Shown: positions 28,455 through 37,372 of the stretch, in pieces
Position numbering within the stretch: position 1 is the stretch's first letter
Layout of the letters: every line of letters begins with the position of its first letter
Source: Rhizobium sp. Q54
GTDB taxonomy: Bacteria; Pseudomonadota; Alphaproteobacteria; SHVZ01
DNA: 64,000 nucleotides
Reading direction: 5' to 3'
NCBI GenBank assembly: GCA_945871425.1
Contig: CAMBVS010000014.1
Location: forward strand, 4,497-68,496
The notes under the pieces: model-generated
What the model was told of the DNA's origin: nothing
The model's database searches: none
What the model saw: the letters and a program-made list of their open reading frames with translations, nothing else
Made by a program: the position numbers and the translations under genes

Positions 28455-29076
28455 GGCTCTCGGCCGATCCTACACCATCCCCTGCCCCACGGCGTTCCGC
28501 GACCGCGTGACGGCGCTCGCACGTCGCCAGGGCGTGAGCGTCGCCGACCTCGTCCGCGCGGTGCAGCTGCTGGTGCCGGCCGACCTCCTGGCAAAAGTGG
28601 TCGATCCCGGCGAGCCGGCGGATTCCGACCGCGAAGACGTCCGGCTCAAGACCGGTCCGTCGAAGGACCGCCGCATGCGGCGGAAGCCACGGCTGCAGGT
28701 GCGGCTGACCGGGGAGCATGCGGTCGCCGACCTTCGCCGCGCCCTCAGGCTCGCCCTCGACCTGGCCGAAGGCGGCACCGCGCTCCGCCTGGAAGCGGCC
28801 GGTTCCGTCGATACCGCCGCCCTTCATCAGGAAGAAGTCGAGCGCCTCAAGGTCTCGGTGCAGGCGCTGGCCTTCGAGCCCCTGGCGGAGGACATCCGCT
28901 CGCGCTCGGAGGCGCTCTATGTCCTTGGCTATCCGCCCTGGGCGACCCCGGATCAGCGTGCGCTGCGCAGCCGCTTCCGCGCGCTCGCCACCGTCTATCA
29001 CCCGGACAACCCGACCGGCGACACCGTCCGCATGGCCCAGCTCAATGCCGCCATCGCCTTCCTGACCCGGGCGTAA
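28453..29076 (+). CDS. J-domain (DnaJ-like) protein with N-terminal ribbon-helix-helix-like segment
   Basis: C-terminal 'EALYVLG...RFRALATVYHPD...MAQLNAA'; N-terminal 'SYTIPC..FRDRVTALARRQGVSVADLVR'. Confidence 0.8.
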   Translation: MALGRSYTIPCPTAFRDRVTALARRQGVSVADLVRAVQLLVPADLLAKVVDPGEPADSDREDVRLKTGPSKDRRMRRKPRLQVRLTGEHAVADLRRALRLALDLAEGGTALRLEAAGSVDTAALHQEEVERLKVSVQALAFEPLAEDIRSRSEALYVLGYPPWATPDQRALRSRFRALATVYHPDNPTGDTVRMAQLNAAIAFLTRA

Positions 29077-29093
29077 GGCGATAGGCTGCACCG

Positions 29094-30311
29094 ATGACGG
29101 ATAAGCTTCGGGCGGATGTGGTGGTGGTCGGCGGCGGGCTGGTCGGGCTCTCGCTCGGCCATGCGCTCGCCACCGCCGGCATCGAGGTCGCCGTGGTCGA
29201 CCGCGAGACGCCGGCGGTCGCCGCCAACGATGCCTATGACGGCCGCGCCTTCGCCATCTCCTACGGCTCGCGCCGCATCCTCGAGGGCCTCGATCTCTGG
29301 CAGGAGATGGGGCCGCATGCCGCGCCGATCCTCGACATCCGCGTCACCGACGGGCCGTCGACCCTGTTCCTGCACTACGACCATCGCGAGGTCGGCGAGG
29401 AGCCGCTAGGCCACATCGTCGAATCCCGCTTCGTCAGGCGGGCCTTGCTCGGCCGCCTCGGCGACCAGCCTCGTCTCAGGTTGATTGCACCTGAGGCCGT
29501 CACCCGGCTGGATCGGCACCAGACCGGCGTCTTGGCACATCTCGGCGACGGGCGTCGCATCGAGGCCGGCCTGGCGGTCGCCGCCGACGGCCGCGCCTCC
29601 CCGATCCGTCGGGCGGCGGGGATCGGCGTCCTCGAATGGGACTATGCGCAGACCGCGATCGTCTGCACGGTCGCGCTCGCCCGGCCCCACGACGGCATCG
29701 CCCACGAGCGTTTCCTTCCCGCCGGCCCCTTCGCGCTTCTGCCCTTGCCCGGCGACTTCTCCTCGGTGGTCTGGACCGAACGCAAGGAGGTGGCGCCGGC
29801 GATGATGGCGCTCGACGACGATGCCTTCTCCCAGGCGATGACGCGGCGCTTCGGCGATGCGCTCGGGCCGCTTCGCGTCGTCGGCCGGCGCTGGTCCTAT
29901 CCCCTCGGCCTCCTCATCGCCGAGCGCCTGACCGCCTCGCGCCTGGCCCTGGTCGGCGACGCCGCTCATGCCATCCATCCGCTCGCCGGCCAGGGCCTCA
30001 ACCTCGCAATCCGCGACGTGGCGGCGCTGGCCGAGGTCGTGGTCGATGCGCATCGCTTAGGGTTGGATATCGGCGTCGCCGACGTGCTCGACCGCTACGC
30101 CTCCTGGCGGCGTCTCGACACGCTGGCGCTGCTGGCGGTGACCGACGGGCTCAACCGCCTGTTCTCCAATGACATCGGCCCGCTCCGGCTCGTCCGCGAC
30201 CTCGGGCTCGCCGCCATCGACCGACTGCCGGCGGTAAAGCGCCTGTTCATGCAGCACGCCATGGGCACGGTCGGCGACCTGCCCAGACTCGCCCGCGGCG
30301 AGGCGCTCTAG
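29094..30311 (+). CDS. UbiH/UbiF/VisC/COQ6 family ubiquinone hydroxylase (probably UbiL clade)
   Basis: 'GGGLVG', 'AADG', '[17 protein letters not shown]', '[11 protein letters not shown]'. Confidence 0.9.
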   Translation: MTDKLRADVVVVGGGLVGLSLGHALATAGIEVAVVDRETPAVAANDAYDGRAFAISYGSRRILEGLDLWQEMGPHAAPILDIRVTDGPSTLFLHYDHREVGEEPLGHIVESRFVRRALLGRLGDQPRLRLIAPEAVTRLDRHQTGVLAHLGDGRRIEAGLAVAADGRASPIRRAAGIGVLEWDYAQTAIVCTVALARPHDGIAHERFLPAGPFALLPLPGDFSSVVWTERKEVAPAMMALDDDAFSQAMTRRFGDALGPLRVVGRRWSYPLGLLIAERLTASRLALVGDAAHAIHPLAGQGLNLAIRDVAALAEVVVDAHRLGLDIGVADVLDRYASWRRLDTLALLAVTDGLNRLFSNDIGPLRLVRDLGLAAIDRLPAVKRLFMQHAMGTVGDLPRLARGEAL

Positions 30312-30826
30312 GAGAGCGCTGCCAGGACCCGACGATAAGTCGCCGTCGTCTCGGCGCCGAAGCAGCAGAAGATGACGCGCGTGCAGCCCGGGCTGTCGGG
30401 CAGCGCCGCAGTCACCGTGTCGATCGCGATGCGTGTCGCCGGCTCCAGCGGATAGCCGTAGACCCCGGTCGAGATCGCCGGGAAGGCAATCGAAGCCAAC
30501 CCAGCCTCCTTCGCGAGCCCCACCGCGGTGCGATAGCAGCTCGCCAACAACGCGGGCTCGCCGGAACGGCCGCCGCGCCAGACCGGACCGACGGTGTGGA
30601 TGACGTAGCGGGCCTTCAGCCGATAGCCGCGGGTGATCCTCGCCTCTCCGGTCGGGCAGCCGCCGAGCATGCGGCATTCGGCCAGCAGCTCAGGCCCGGC
30701 GGCGCGGTGGATGGCGCCGTCGACCCCGCCGCCGCCGAGCAGGGATTCGTTGGCGGCATTGACGATCGCGTCGACGTCGAGCCGAGTGATGTCGCCTTCA
30801 GCGATCTCGATCCGATCCAGAAGCAT
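30308..30826 (-). CDS. Macro domain O-acetyl-ADP-ribose deacetylase (YmdB-like)
   Basis: 'GDIT', '[23 protein letters not shown]', '[12 protein letters not shown]'. Confidence 0.93.
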   Translation of the reverse strand: MLLDRIEIAEGDITRLDVDAIVNAANESLLGGGGVDGAIHRAAGPELLAECRMLGGCPTGEARITRGYRLKARYVIHTVGPVWRGGRSGEPALLASCYRTAVGLAKEAGLASIAFPAISTGVYGYPLEPATRIAIDTVTAALPDSPGCTRVIFCCFGAETTATYRRVLAALS

Positions 30827-31554
30827 CAGAACGATCCCGCGGCGAGGATGACGAGGCGGATCGCCAGGGCGCTGACGATGAGGCGGATGCCGAGGCTGAC
30901 CAGACGCGTCGGCAGCCGGAGCCCGAGCCGCTCGCCGAGGACGGTGCCGAGCAGGCCCGCCGCGATCATCGCCGCCAGCAGTGGCACGAGGGGCACATAG
31001 GCAACGCCGACGAGGACGAAGGCGACGACCTTGAGCCCATGCTGGACGGCGGTCGCCGCGGTGACGCTCGCGGGGACCTGCGCCGGATCGACCGGCTCGT
31101 CGGCGATGAACGGCCGGATCAGCGGGCCGGTCTCGCCGACGAACACCGAGCACACGCCGGTAAGGCCGCCCATCAGCGGCAGCCGGTAGGGAAAGCGTTG
31201 CCCCGGATCCGGCGCCGGCCACCAGCAGGCCCAGACGAGGTAGGCGCCGATGAGGACCGCGTGGGCGTGATCGGGCAGGACACGCACGAAGGATGCGGCG
31301 AGGCCGATGCCGAGGAAGGCGCCGGCGCCGGCGGCGACGACGATCTGCGTGCTGACCCGGCGGCGAAGCCGTGCCCAGCCGAAGCCGGTGCGCGCGCCTT
31401 CGACGACGGCGTGGACGGGAACGACGAGCGGCGGCGGCAGGACAGTCGCCAGGATCGCCAGCAGGAGGCCGCCGGTCGATCCCAGCGTCGCCGTGCCGAC
31501 CGCGACCAGGAAGACGGCACCGACCAGCAATCCTTCGGTGACGCCGACCTCCAT
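30826..31554 (-). CDS. TauE/SafE (TSUP) family transporter
   Basis: Multi-TM; 'GSTGGLLL...VVPVHAVV', 'FVGETGPL', 'QHGLKV'. Confidence 0.75.
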   Translation of the reverse strand: MEVGVTEGLLVGAVFLVAVGTATLGSTGGLLLAILATVLPPPLVVPVHAVVEGARTGFGWARLRRRVSTQIVVAAGAGAFLGIGLAASFVRVLPDHAHAVLIGAYLVWACWWPAPDPGQRFPYRLPLMGGLTGVCSVFVGETGPLIRPFIADEPVDPAQVPASVTAATAVQHGLKVVAFVLVGVAYVPLVPLLAAMIAAGLLGTVLGERLGLRLPTRLVSLGIRLIVSALAIRLVILAAGSF

Positions 31555-31570
31555 CAGCCGCTAGCGACCC

Positions 31571-32479
31571 TCAGGCGGCCTTGGCCAGGTTGGGGCGGCT
31601 GGCCAGAGCCTTCCGCATGGCGTCCTCGACCTGACGCCGGTCGGCGCCTTCGAGCGCGAGACGCGGCGGACGGGTGCGCTCTGAGCCGCGGCCGGCCATC
31701 GCCTCGCAGAGCTTGATGCACTGCACGAGGTCGGCGCGCGCATCCAGGTGGAGCAGCGGCATGAACCAGCGATAGATCGCCATCGCCTCGTCGAAGCGCC
31801 CGGCGCGGGCGAGCGCGAAGAGCTCGTTCGATTCCTTCGGGAAGACGTTGGAGAGGCCGGAGACCCAACCGACGGCGCCGAGCATGATCGCCTCGAGCAC
31901 GACGTCGTCGAGGCCGCAGAACAGCGTGAAGCGGTCGCCGGTCAGGTTGACGAGGTCGACGAAGCGCCGCGTGTCGCCCGAGGATTCCTTGATCGCGACG
32001 ATGGTCTTCACGTCGGAGAGCCTGGCGACGATTTCCGGGACCAGGTCGTTCCCGTAGGCCGGCGGGTTGTTGTAGAGCATGATCGGAAGGTCGCTGGCCG
32101 CGCCCACGGCGCTGAAATGCGCCACGATCTCGTTCGGCTTCGCCGAATAGACCATCGCCGGCATCGCCATCAGCCCGTCGATGCCGATCTTCTGAGCGTC
32201 GCGAGCATATTCGCAGGCGAGCTCGGTCGTGTACTCGGCGACGCCGGAGACCACCGGCACGCGGCCGCGGGACACATCTTTGGCGAGCTTCAGCATCTCG
32301 CGCTTCTCTTCGGCGCGAAGCGCCGTGTTCTCGCCGACCGAGCCGCAGACGATCAGCCCGTTGACGCCGTCGTCGATCAGCGCCGACATCACCTTGCGGG
32401 TGGCGTCGTAGTCGATCTTGAAATTGCGGTCGAACTGGGTGGTCGCCGCCGGGAAGACGCCGGTCCAGGAAATGCCCAT
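31571..32479 (-). CDS. DapA-like lyase (resembles 1-pyrroline-4-hydroxy-2-carboxylate deaminase)
   Basis: 'GVFPAATTQF', 'GSVGE', 'YNNPPAY', Schiff-base Lys in 'IKESSGD'. Confidence 0.85.
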   Translation of the reverse strand: MGISWTGVFPAATTQFDRNFKIDYDATRKVMSALIDDGVNGLIVCGSVGENTALRAEEKREMLKLAKDVSRGRVPVVSGVAEYTTELACEYARDAQKIGIDGLMAMPAMVYSAKPNEIVAHFSAVGAASDLPIMLYNNPPAYGNDLVPEIVARLSDVKTIVAIKESSGDTRRFVDLVNLTGDRFTLFCGLDDVVLEAIMLGAVGWVSGLSNVFPKESNELFALARAGRFDEAMAIYRWFMPLLHLDARADLVQCIKLCEAMAGRGSERTRPPRLALEGADRRQVEDAMRKALASRPNLAKAA

Positions 32480-32565
32480 GGGTTCCCTCCTTCAGATTTC
32501 CCAACTGATATACGAGTGACATACGAGTTGCCAGCCCTCGGGCCGACGTCTAGAGAGGCCGCAGC

Positions 32566-33537
32566 ATGAGCGACCAGCCGGGCAGCATTCTCGTCTATGT
32601 CGGCCTCGACCGCTTCGGTGACGGGCTGATGAAGCTGCCCTTCGCCCGCGCGGCTCGCAGCACCTGGCCGGAGGCACGCATCACCTGGCTCGCCGGCAAG
32701 GGCGAGACGGTCTATGCGGGGCGGCTCCGCGATCTGGTCGCGGGTCTGATCGACGAAGTGATCGAGAAGGCCGGCATCGGGCTTGCCGCGACCGAGCTGC
32801 TGCATCGGCCGCTGCCGGATCGGAGCTTCGACCTCATCCTCGACACCCAGCGCCGCGCGATGACCTCGCTGGTGCTGAAGCGCATCCGCCATCGCCGCTT
32901 CGTCTCCGGCACCGCCGGCTGGCTTCTCTCCGACGCCCGCCCGCCACGGCGGGAAAAGCCGCCGGCGATGATCCGCCAGATGCTCGACCTGATCGAGGCG
33001 GCGAGCGGCCACCCGGTCGAGCCGAGACGCGCCCGGGTCGAGCTGCCGGACGCGATCGAACGACAGGCGGCGGCCCTGCTGCCCGGCGGACCTCGCTACG
33101 TCGCGATCGTGCCCGGCGCCGGCGACAGGCGGAAATGCTGGCCGCTGGAGCGCTTCACCGCCCTCGGCGGCCGCCTGGAATCCCCGGTGGTCCTCCTCGG
33201 CCCCGACGAGACCGAGTGGCACGCCGGGCTCGCCGGCGCCTTGCCGCAGGCGCTGTTTCCGTTCCAGGCGACGGCGCTCGGCGCCGATCCCGCGCTCTCG
33301 CTGGCGGTGGCCCGGCGTCTGAAGGCGGCGGTCGCCAACGACGCCGGCATGGGCCACCTGCTGGCCGCCGGCGACTGCCCGCTGGTCTCGCTGTTCGGCC
33401 CGACGCCGGCCGCGAAATTCGCCCCCTTCGCCGAGCGGCTGACGGTGATCGAGGCGCAATCCTTCGGCGGTGACGAGATGGCGGCGATCCCGGTCGACGC
33501 CGTCGCCGAGGCGGTCGACCGCCATCTCCGCGGTTGA
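32566..33537 (+). CDS. Glycosyltransferase family 9 (heptosyltransferase-like)
   Basis: 'GDGL', 'FDLILD', 'KCWP', 'ANDAG.GHL.AA..PLVSLFGPT'. Confidence 0.85.
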   Translation: MSDQPGSILVYVGLDRFGDGLMKLPFARAARSTWPEARITWLAGKGETVYAGRLRDLVAGLIDEVIEKAGIGLAATELLHRPLPDRSFDLILDTQRRAMTSLVLKRIRHRRFVSGTAGWLLSDARPPRREKPPAMIRQMLDLIEAASGHPVEPRRARVELPDAIERQAAALLPGGPRYVAIVPGAGDRRKCWPLERFTALGGRLESPVVLLGPDETEWHAGLAGALPQALFPFQATALGADPALSLAVARRLKAAVANDAGMGHLLAAGDCPLVSLFGPTPAAKFAPFAERLTVIEAQSFGGDEMAAIPVDAVAEAVDRHLRG

Positions 33538-33563
33538 CGGCCCGCCGTCCCGGCCGCTACCTT
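33534..33563 (+). promoter_or_regulatory. Putative sigma70 promoter for a leaderless uORF transcript
   Basis: TTGACG(33534)-N18-TACCTT(33558), 6 nt before GTG 33570. Confidence 0.55.
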
Positions 33564-33569
33564 CGCCCC

Positions 33570-33620
33570 GTGGCAAACGGCCTGCGGAAGACCCTGCGAA
33601 TTACGACCCCGATCCTCTGA
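33570..33620 (+). CDS. Putative leader peptide MANGLRKTLRITTPIL (uORF)
   Basis: GTG GCA AAC GGC CTG CGG AAG ACC CTG CGA ATT ACG ACC CCG ATC CTC TGA; forms the 5' arm of the long hairpin. Confidence 0.5.
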   Translation: MANGLRKTLRITTPIL

Positions 33621-33672
33621 GGATCGGGTTGTCGTCGTTCGTCCGTGGTCTTCCGTCTTCAGGAGCCGTGCC
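33571..33672 (+). promoter_or_regulatory. Long RNA hairpin sequestering the downstream SD (candidate translational attenuator)
   Basis: ACGGC-CTG-CGGAAGACC..GCGAAT..ACGAC-CCCGATCCT / AGGATCGGG..GTCGT..GTTCGT..GGTCTTCCG..CAG-GA-GCCGT pairing covers AGGAG (33661-33665). Confidence 0.65.
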
Positions 33673-33975
33673 GTGTCCATATCCGTCGCCTATGACCGTC
33701 TTCCCGCCTCCTCCGAGGCGCTTCCCCACTGCTATTCGGTCCTCGCCCGCGCCGAGGTGTCGGTGATGCCGCGCGTGCTGGAGCTGTTCGTGAAGCGGGG
33801 CATCCTTCCCCGCCGCTGCCACGGCGTCGTCTCCGGCGCCGGGCATGACGAGCTTGAGATCGACCTCCAGGTCGACGGGCTCGACCTCGAGACCGCCGAG
33901 CACATCCAGCGCTGCCTGGCCCAGCTGGTCCATGTCGAGCGCGTGCTGATGTCGCGGGCGCATCGCTGCGCCTGA
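33673..33975 (+). CDS. Stand-alone ACT-like small protein (IlvM-like)
   Basis: 'YSVLARAEVSVMPRVLELFVKRG...LEIDLQV...IQRCLAQLVHVERV' fits a beta-alpha-beta-beta-alpha-beta pattern; SD AGGAG. Confidence 0.7.
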   Translation: MSISVAYDRLPASSEALPHCYSVLARAEVSVMPRVLELFVKRGILPRRCHGVVSGAGHDELEIDLQVDGLDLETAEHIQRCLAQLVHVERVLMSRAHRCA

Positions 33976-34823
33976 TGGCCTTCGTCGACCACATCCGGCG
34001 CTGCAACGCCTATGCGCCGGAGGACTTCGTTCCGTGGTCGATCTCGGGCGAGACCGCCGGGTATGTGCGCCGGACGCTGCGGCCGGTGCTGGCCGGATAT
34101 GCCGGGCTGTTCGTCGACGACGGCGGGCTCGCCCTCGATCCGCGCCACGCCGATGCCGCCGCGCGCACGGCGGCGCTGGCGGAGACGGTCGACCGGCTCC
34201 ACCGGGCCGGCCTCGTCCGGCACGTCACCGGCGAAACCGCGCCCGTCACCATCAAGGGCCGGCGAATTGCCGCGATCGAGCGAGGCGCGCTCGACGTCTT
34301 CGGCATCGAGAGTGCAGGCTGCCATGTGAACGGCGTGGTCCGCCGGCCCGACGGTCTCCATCTCTGGATCACCCGACGCTCGCCGACCAAGCGCACTTTC
34401 CCGAACCTGCTCGACAACTTCGTCGCCGGCGGCCAGCCCGACGGTCTCACCGTCATCGAGAATCTGGTCAAGGAATGCGGAGAGGAGGCGGGCGTGCCGC
34501 CGGAGCTCGCCCGTCGGGCCGTGCCCGTCGGCATCATCAGCTACGTGATGGCGAACGAGCCCGACATCGGCAATGGCCTCAGCCGTCACGTCCTTCACTG
34601 TTTCGACCTGGAGTTGCCGGGTGATTTCCGGCCGACGGCGGTCGACGGCGAGATCGCCGAGTTCCGGCTGCTGCCGGCGGCGGAGGTCGGCGCCATCATC
34701 GAGGGCGGCTGGAGCTTCAAGTTCAACTGCGCATTGGTGGCCATCGACTTCATGATCAGACATGGCCTGATCGATCCGGATCACCCTGACTATCTGGAAA
34801 TCTGCCGGGGCCTCCGGCGGTGA
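33975..34823 (+). CDS. DUF4743-containing Nudix hydrolase
   Basis: 'CHVNG', 'LWITRRSPTKRTFPNLLDNFVAGG', Nudix box 'KECGEEAG', 'FKFNCALV.IDF'; TGATG overlap with the ACT gene. Confidence 0.88.
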   Translation: MAFVDHIRRCNAYAPEDFVPWSISGETAGYVRRTLRPVLAGYAGLFVDDGGLALDPRHADAAARTAALAETVDRLHRAGLVRHVTGETAPVTIKGRRIAAIERGALDVFGIESAGCHVNGVVRRPDGLHLWITRRSPTKRTFPNLLDNFVAGGQPDGLTVIENLVKECGEEAGVPPELARRAVPVGIISYVMANEPDIGNGLSRHVLHCFDLELPGDFRPTAVDGEIAEFRLLPAAEVGAIIEGGWSFKFNCALVAIDFMIRHGLIDPDHPDYLEICRGLRR

Positions 34824-34912
34824 AGTACACAAATCAATAGAAATTGATGTCGCTTTGAAGAACCAGGCCTTGCTGATGATAACAGGCCAGCGTGGTTCGA
34901 TGAGCCGACGCT

Positions 34913-35119
34913 GTGATCGGCCAGCTCACCGGCAGCATCGCCCATGACTTCAGCGATCTCCTGAGCATCATCATCGGCAATCTCGACGTCCTGCAGGACG
35001 ACTCGACGGTCGTGAAGGACCCGGCGATGACGGCGACGCTGGTCGACGAAGCCCTGCAGAAGCCGTTCCGGCGCGCCGAGCTGCTCGCCATCGTCGACGG
35101 CCCGATCGGCAAGACCTAG
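34913..35119 (+). pseudogene. Internally deleted hybrid histidine kinase remnant (HisKA start joined to receiver end)
   Basis: 'IGQLTGSIAHDFSDLLSIIIGNLD' H-box followed in frame by the receiver tail 'LQKPFRRAELLAIV'. Confidence 0.75.
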
Positions 35120-35955
35120 CCTGGAAATCCCGCCATCGTCCGGACCTCCGCCGGGCTCCGCCCCTGGTCGCGCAATGCCGCCAGGGTCGGCGCGCCGTCG
35201 CGCTTGGCAAGCCGCCTGCCCGCCGCATCGAGGATCAGCGGGTGGTGCTCGTAGTCGGGCGTCGGCAAGCCGAGCAGCGCCTGAAGCAGCCGGTGGACGT
35301 CGGTGGATGCCAAGAGATCCTCGCCGCGGGTGACCAGGGTCACGCCTTGAAGGGCGTCGTCGAGGGTGACGGCGAGGTGGTAGCTCGCCGGCGTCTCCTT
35401 CCGTCCGAGGACCACGTCGCCGAAGCGCTCCGGCTCGGCCCTTTGCTCGCCGCGCCGGCGATCGTGCCAGGTGAGCGGGCCGGCACCGGCACGAGCCTTC
35501 GCCATGTCGAGCCTGAGCGCATAGGGACGGCCCGCCTCGATCCGGCTCATCCGCTCCTCCTCACCGAGGGCACGGCAGGTGCCGGGATAGAGCGGGCCGT
35601 CCGGACCGTGCGGCGCAGCGCCCGACCGCTCGATCTCGGCCTTGATCTCGGCCCGCGTGCAGAAGCACGGATAGAGCAGGCCCGCCGCCCGAAGGCGGTC
35701 GAGCCCGCCCAGGTAGTCGGCCATGTGCCTCGACTGGCGCCGGATCTCGCCGTCCCAGTCGAGGCCGAGCCAGGCGAGATCCTCGCCGATGGCATCGACG
35801 AACTCCGGCCGGCAGCGCGTGCTGTCGATGTCCTCGATGCGCAGGAGAAAGCGTCCGCCGGCCTCCCGCGCCCGGCGATGGCCGAGGAGGGCCGAATGGG
35901 CATGTCCGAGATGAAGGCGCCCGGTCGGGCTCGGCGCGAAGCGAGTGACGATCAT
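35116..35955 (-). CDS. gluQ: tRNA glutamyl-Q(34) synthetase
   Basis: 'RFAPSPTG.LHLGH', 'YPCFCTR', 'YPGTCR', 'RLAKRD'; no anticodon-binding domain. Confidence 0.93.
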   Translation of the reverse strand: MIVTRFAPSPTGRLHLGHAHSALLGHRRAREAGGRFLLRIEDIDSTRCRPEFVDAIGEDLAWLGLDWDGEIRRQSRHMADYLGGLDRLRAAGLLYPCFCTRAEIKAEIERSGAAPHGPDGPLYPGTCRALGEEERMSRIEAGRPYALRLDMAKARAGAGPLTWHDRRRGEQRAEPERFGDVVLGRKETPASYHLAVTLDDALQGVTLVTRGEDLLASTDVHRLLQALLGLPTPDYEHHPLILDAAGRRLAKRDGAPTLAALRDQGRSPAEVRTMAGFPG

Positions 35956-36009
35956 GGGTCTGCGGTTCAGGTTGCCGGTGGACGCGGCGGCCGTCTACAA
36001 CTCTGCGCC

Positions 36010-36693
36010 ATGCAAGATCCCTTCGCCCTCGACGGCCCGCGCCTGCCGGCACGAAGCGGCAAGGCCAGGAGCCTCGTCATCCTGCTCCACGGCCTCGGCT
36101 CCGACGGCAACGACCTGATCGGCCTTGCGCCCTATTGGGCGCCGGGGCTGCCCGACACCGCCTTCGTCTCCCCCAACGCCCCCTTCCCCTGCGACATGGC
36201 GCCCTACGGCTACCAGTGGTTCAGCCTGCAGGATCGCTCGCCGAACCGCATCCTCGCGGGCGTCCAGGCGGCGGCGCCGATCCTGGACGCCTTCATCACC
36301 CAGGAGCTCGAGCGCCACGGCCTGGATGAATCCCGCCTCGCGCTCGCCGGCTTCTCCCAGGGCTGCATGATGTCGCTGTTCGTCGCCCCCCGCCGCGAGA
36401 AGCCGGTCGCCCAGGTGCTGGGCTATTCCGGCCGGCTGATCGGGGCCGACCTGCTGAAAGCCGAGGCGCGCTCGAAGCCGCCGGTCCTCTTGGTCCACGG
36501 CACCGCCGACGAGATGGTCCCCTTCGATTCGCTGGCAGCCTCGGAGGCCGGCCTCAAGGCGGCCGGCATCCCGGTCGAGACCCTGGCCCGGCCGGGGCTC
36601 GCCCACTCGATCGACGAGCGCGGGCTGCAGGAGGGCGGCAAGCGTCTCGCCCGGGTCTTCGGTCACGATTCTCTAAACGAGATCAAGCCATAA
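36010..36693 (+). CDS. Phospholipase/carboxylesterase (YpfH-like)
   Basis: 'LHGLGSDG', 'GFSQG', 'HGTADEMVP', 'GLAHSID'. Confidence 0.9.
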   Translation: MQDPFALDGPRLPARSGKARSLVILLHGLGSDGNDLIGLAPYWAPGLPDTAFVSPNAPFPCDMAPYGYQWFSLQDRSPNRILAGVQAAAPILDAFITQELERHGLDESRLALAGFSQGCMMSLFVAPRREKPVAQVLGYSGRLIGADLLKAEARSKPPVLLVHGTADEMVPFDSLAASEAGLKAAGIPVETLARPGLAHSIDERGLQEGGKRLARVFGHDSLNEIKP

Positions 36694-36805
36694 GGAGATC
36701 CGGGCGGCCTCAAGATGTTGTGCCGCCCGGGCAGTTACGGTATGTAGATCGTAGGCGTCCCGCAGGGGATCGTCCCCGCCGGGATCGTCCGTCAGGAGGA
36801 TCGGC

Positions 36806-37372
36806 GTGGGGCATTTGTCGCCCGAAAGCTGTCCCGCTCTGGTGCTGAACGCCGACTTCCGGCCGCTCAGCTATTTCCCGCTGTCCTTGTGGTCGTGGCA
36901 GGACACGGTCAAGGCCGTGTTCATGGGCCGGGTCAACATCATCCACGAATACGACCGCACCGTCCGCTCGCCCAATTTCGAGATGAAGCTGCCCTCGGTC
37001 ATCTCGCTCAAGGACTACATCGCTTCCGCCCGCCGGCCGGCCTTCACCCGGTTCAACGTGTTCCTGCGCGACCGTTTCGGATGCCAGTATTGCGGCCACG
37101 GCTTCCCGACCCAGGACCTGACCTTCGACCACGTGACGCCCCGCTCCAAGGGCGGGCGGACGACCTGGACCAACGTCGTCACCGCCTGCTCGGACTGCAA
37201 CCTGATGAAGGGCAACCGGCTGCCGCGCGAGTCCGGCATGCATCCGCGCACCAAGCCCTTCCAGCCGACGGTCTACCAGCTGCAGGAGAACGGCCGGGCC
37301 TTCCCGCCCAATTTCCTGCACGAGAGCTGGCGCGACTTCCTCTACTGGGATTCGGAGCTGGAATCGGCTTAG
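36806..37372 (+). CDS. HNH endonuclease (McrA-like conserved family)
   Basis: 'LVLNADF.PLS', 'RD...CQYCG', 'DHV.PRSKGG...W.NVVTAC..CN'; SD AGGAGG. Confidence 0.9.
   Translation: MGHLSPESCPALVLNADFRPLSYFPLSLWSWQDTVKAVFMGRVNIIHEYDRTVRSPNFEMKLPSVISLKDYIASARRPAFTRFNVFLRDRFGCQYCGHGFPTQDLTFDHVTPRSKGGRTTWTNVVTACSDCNLMKGNRLPRESGMHPRTKPFQPTVYQLQENGRAFPPNFLHESWRDFLYWDSELESA

Noticed and set aside
30308-30826. Macrodomain as an anti-phage antitoxin (DarG or ThsA type)
   Set aside because: Single-domain YmdB-like sequence with no DarT, TIR or SLOG partner nearby.
33571-33672. Long hairpin considered as 6S RNA, SRP RNA or an intrinsic terminator
   Set aside because: Too short and lacking the central bubble and usual context of 6S RNA; lacks the SRP domain IV motif; no U-tract. 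The SD-masking attenuator model fits better.
34833-34848. ATCAAT-N4-ATTGAT as an FNR/FixK box
   Set aside because: The half-sites are in the reverse order of TTGAT-N4-ATCAA.
36766-36790. GGGATCGTCC direct repeat upstream of the HNH gene
   Set aside because: Only two 10-bp GC-rich copies; cannot be distinguished from chance or a small 5'-UTR hairpin.
36806-37372. HNH endonuclease as a homing or defence element
   Set aside because: It resembles the conserved stand-alone family found near gluQ/dsbB, has host-like codon usage, and has no methylase, intron or repeat context.
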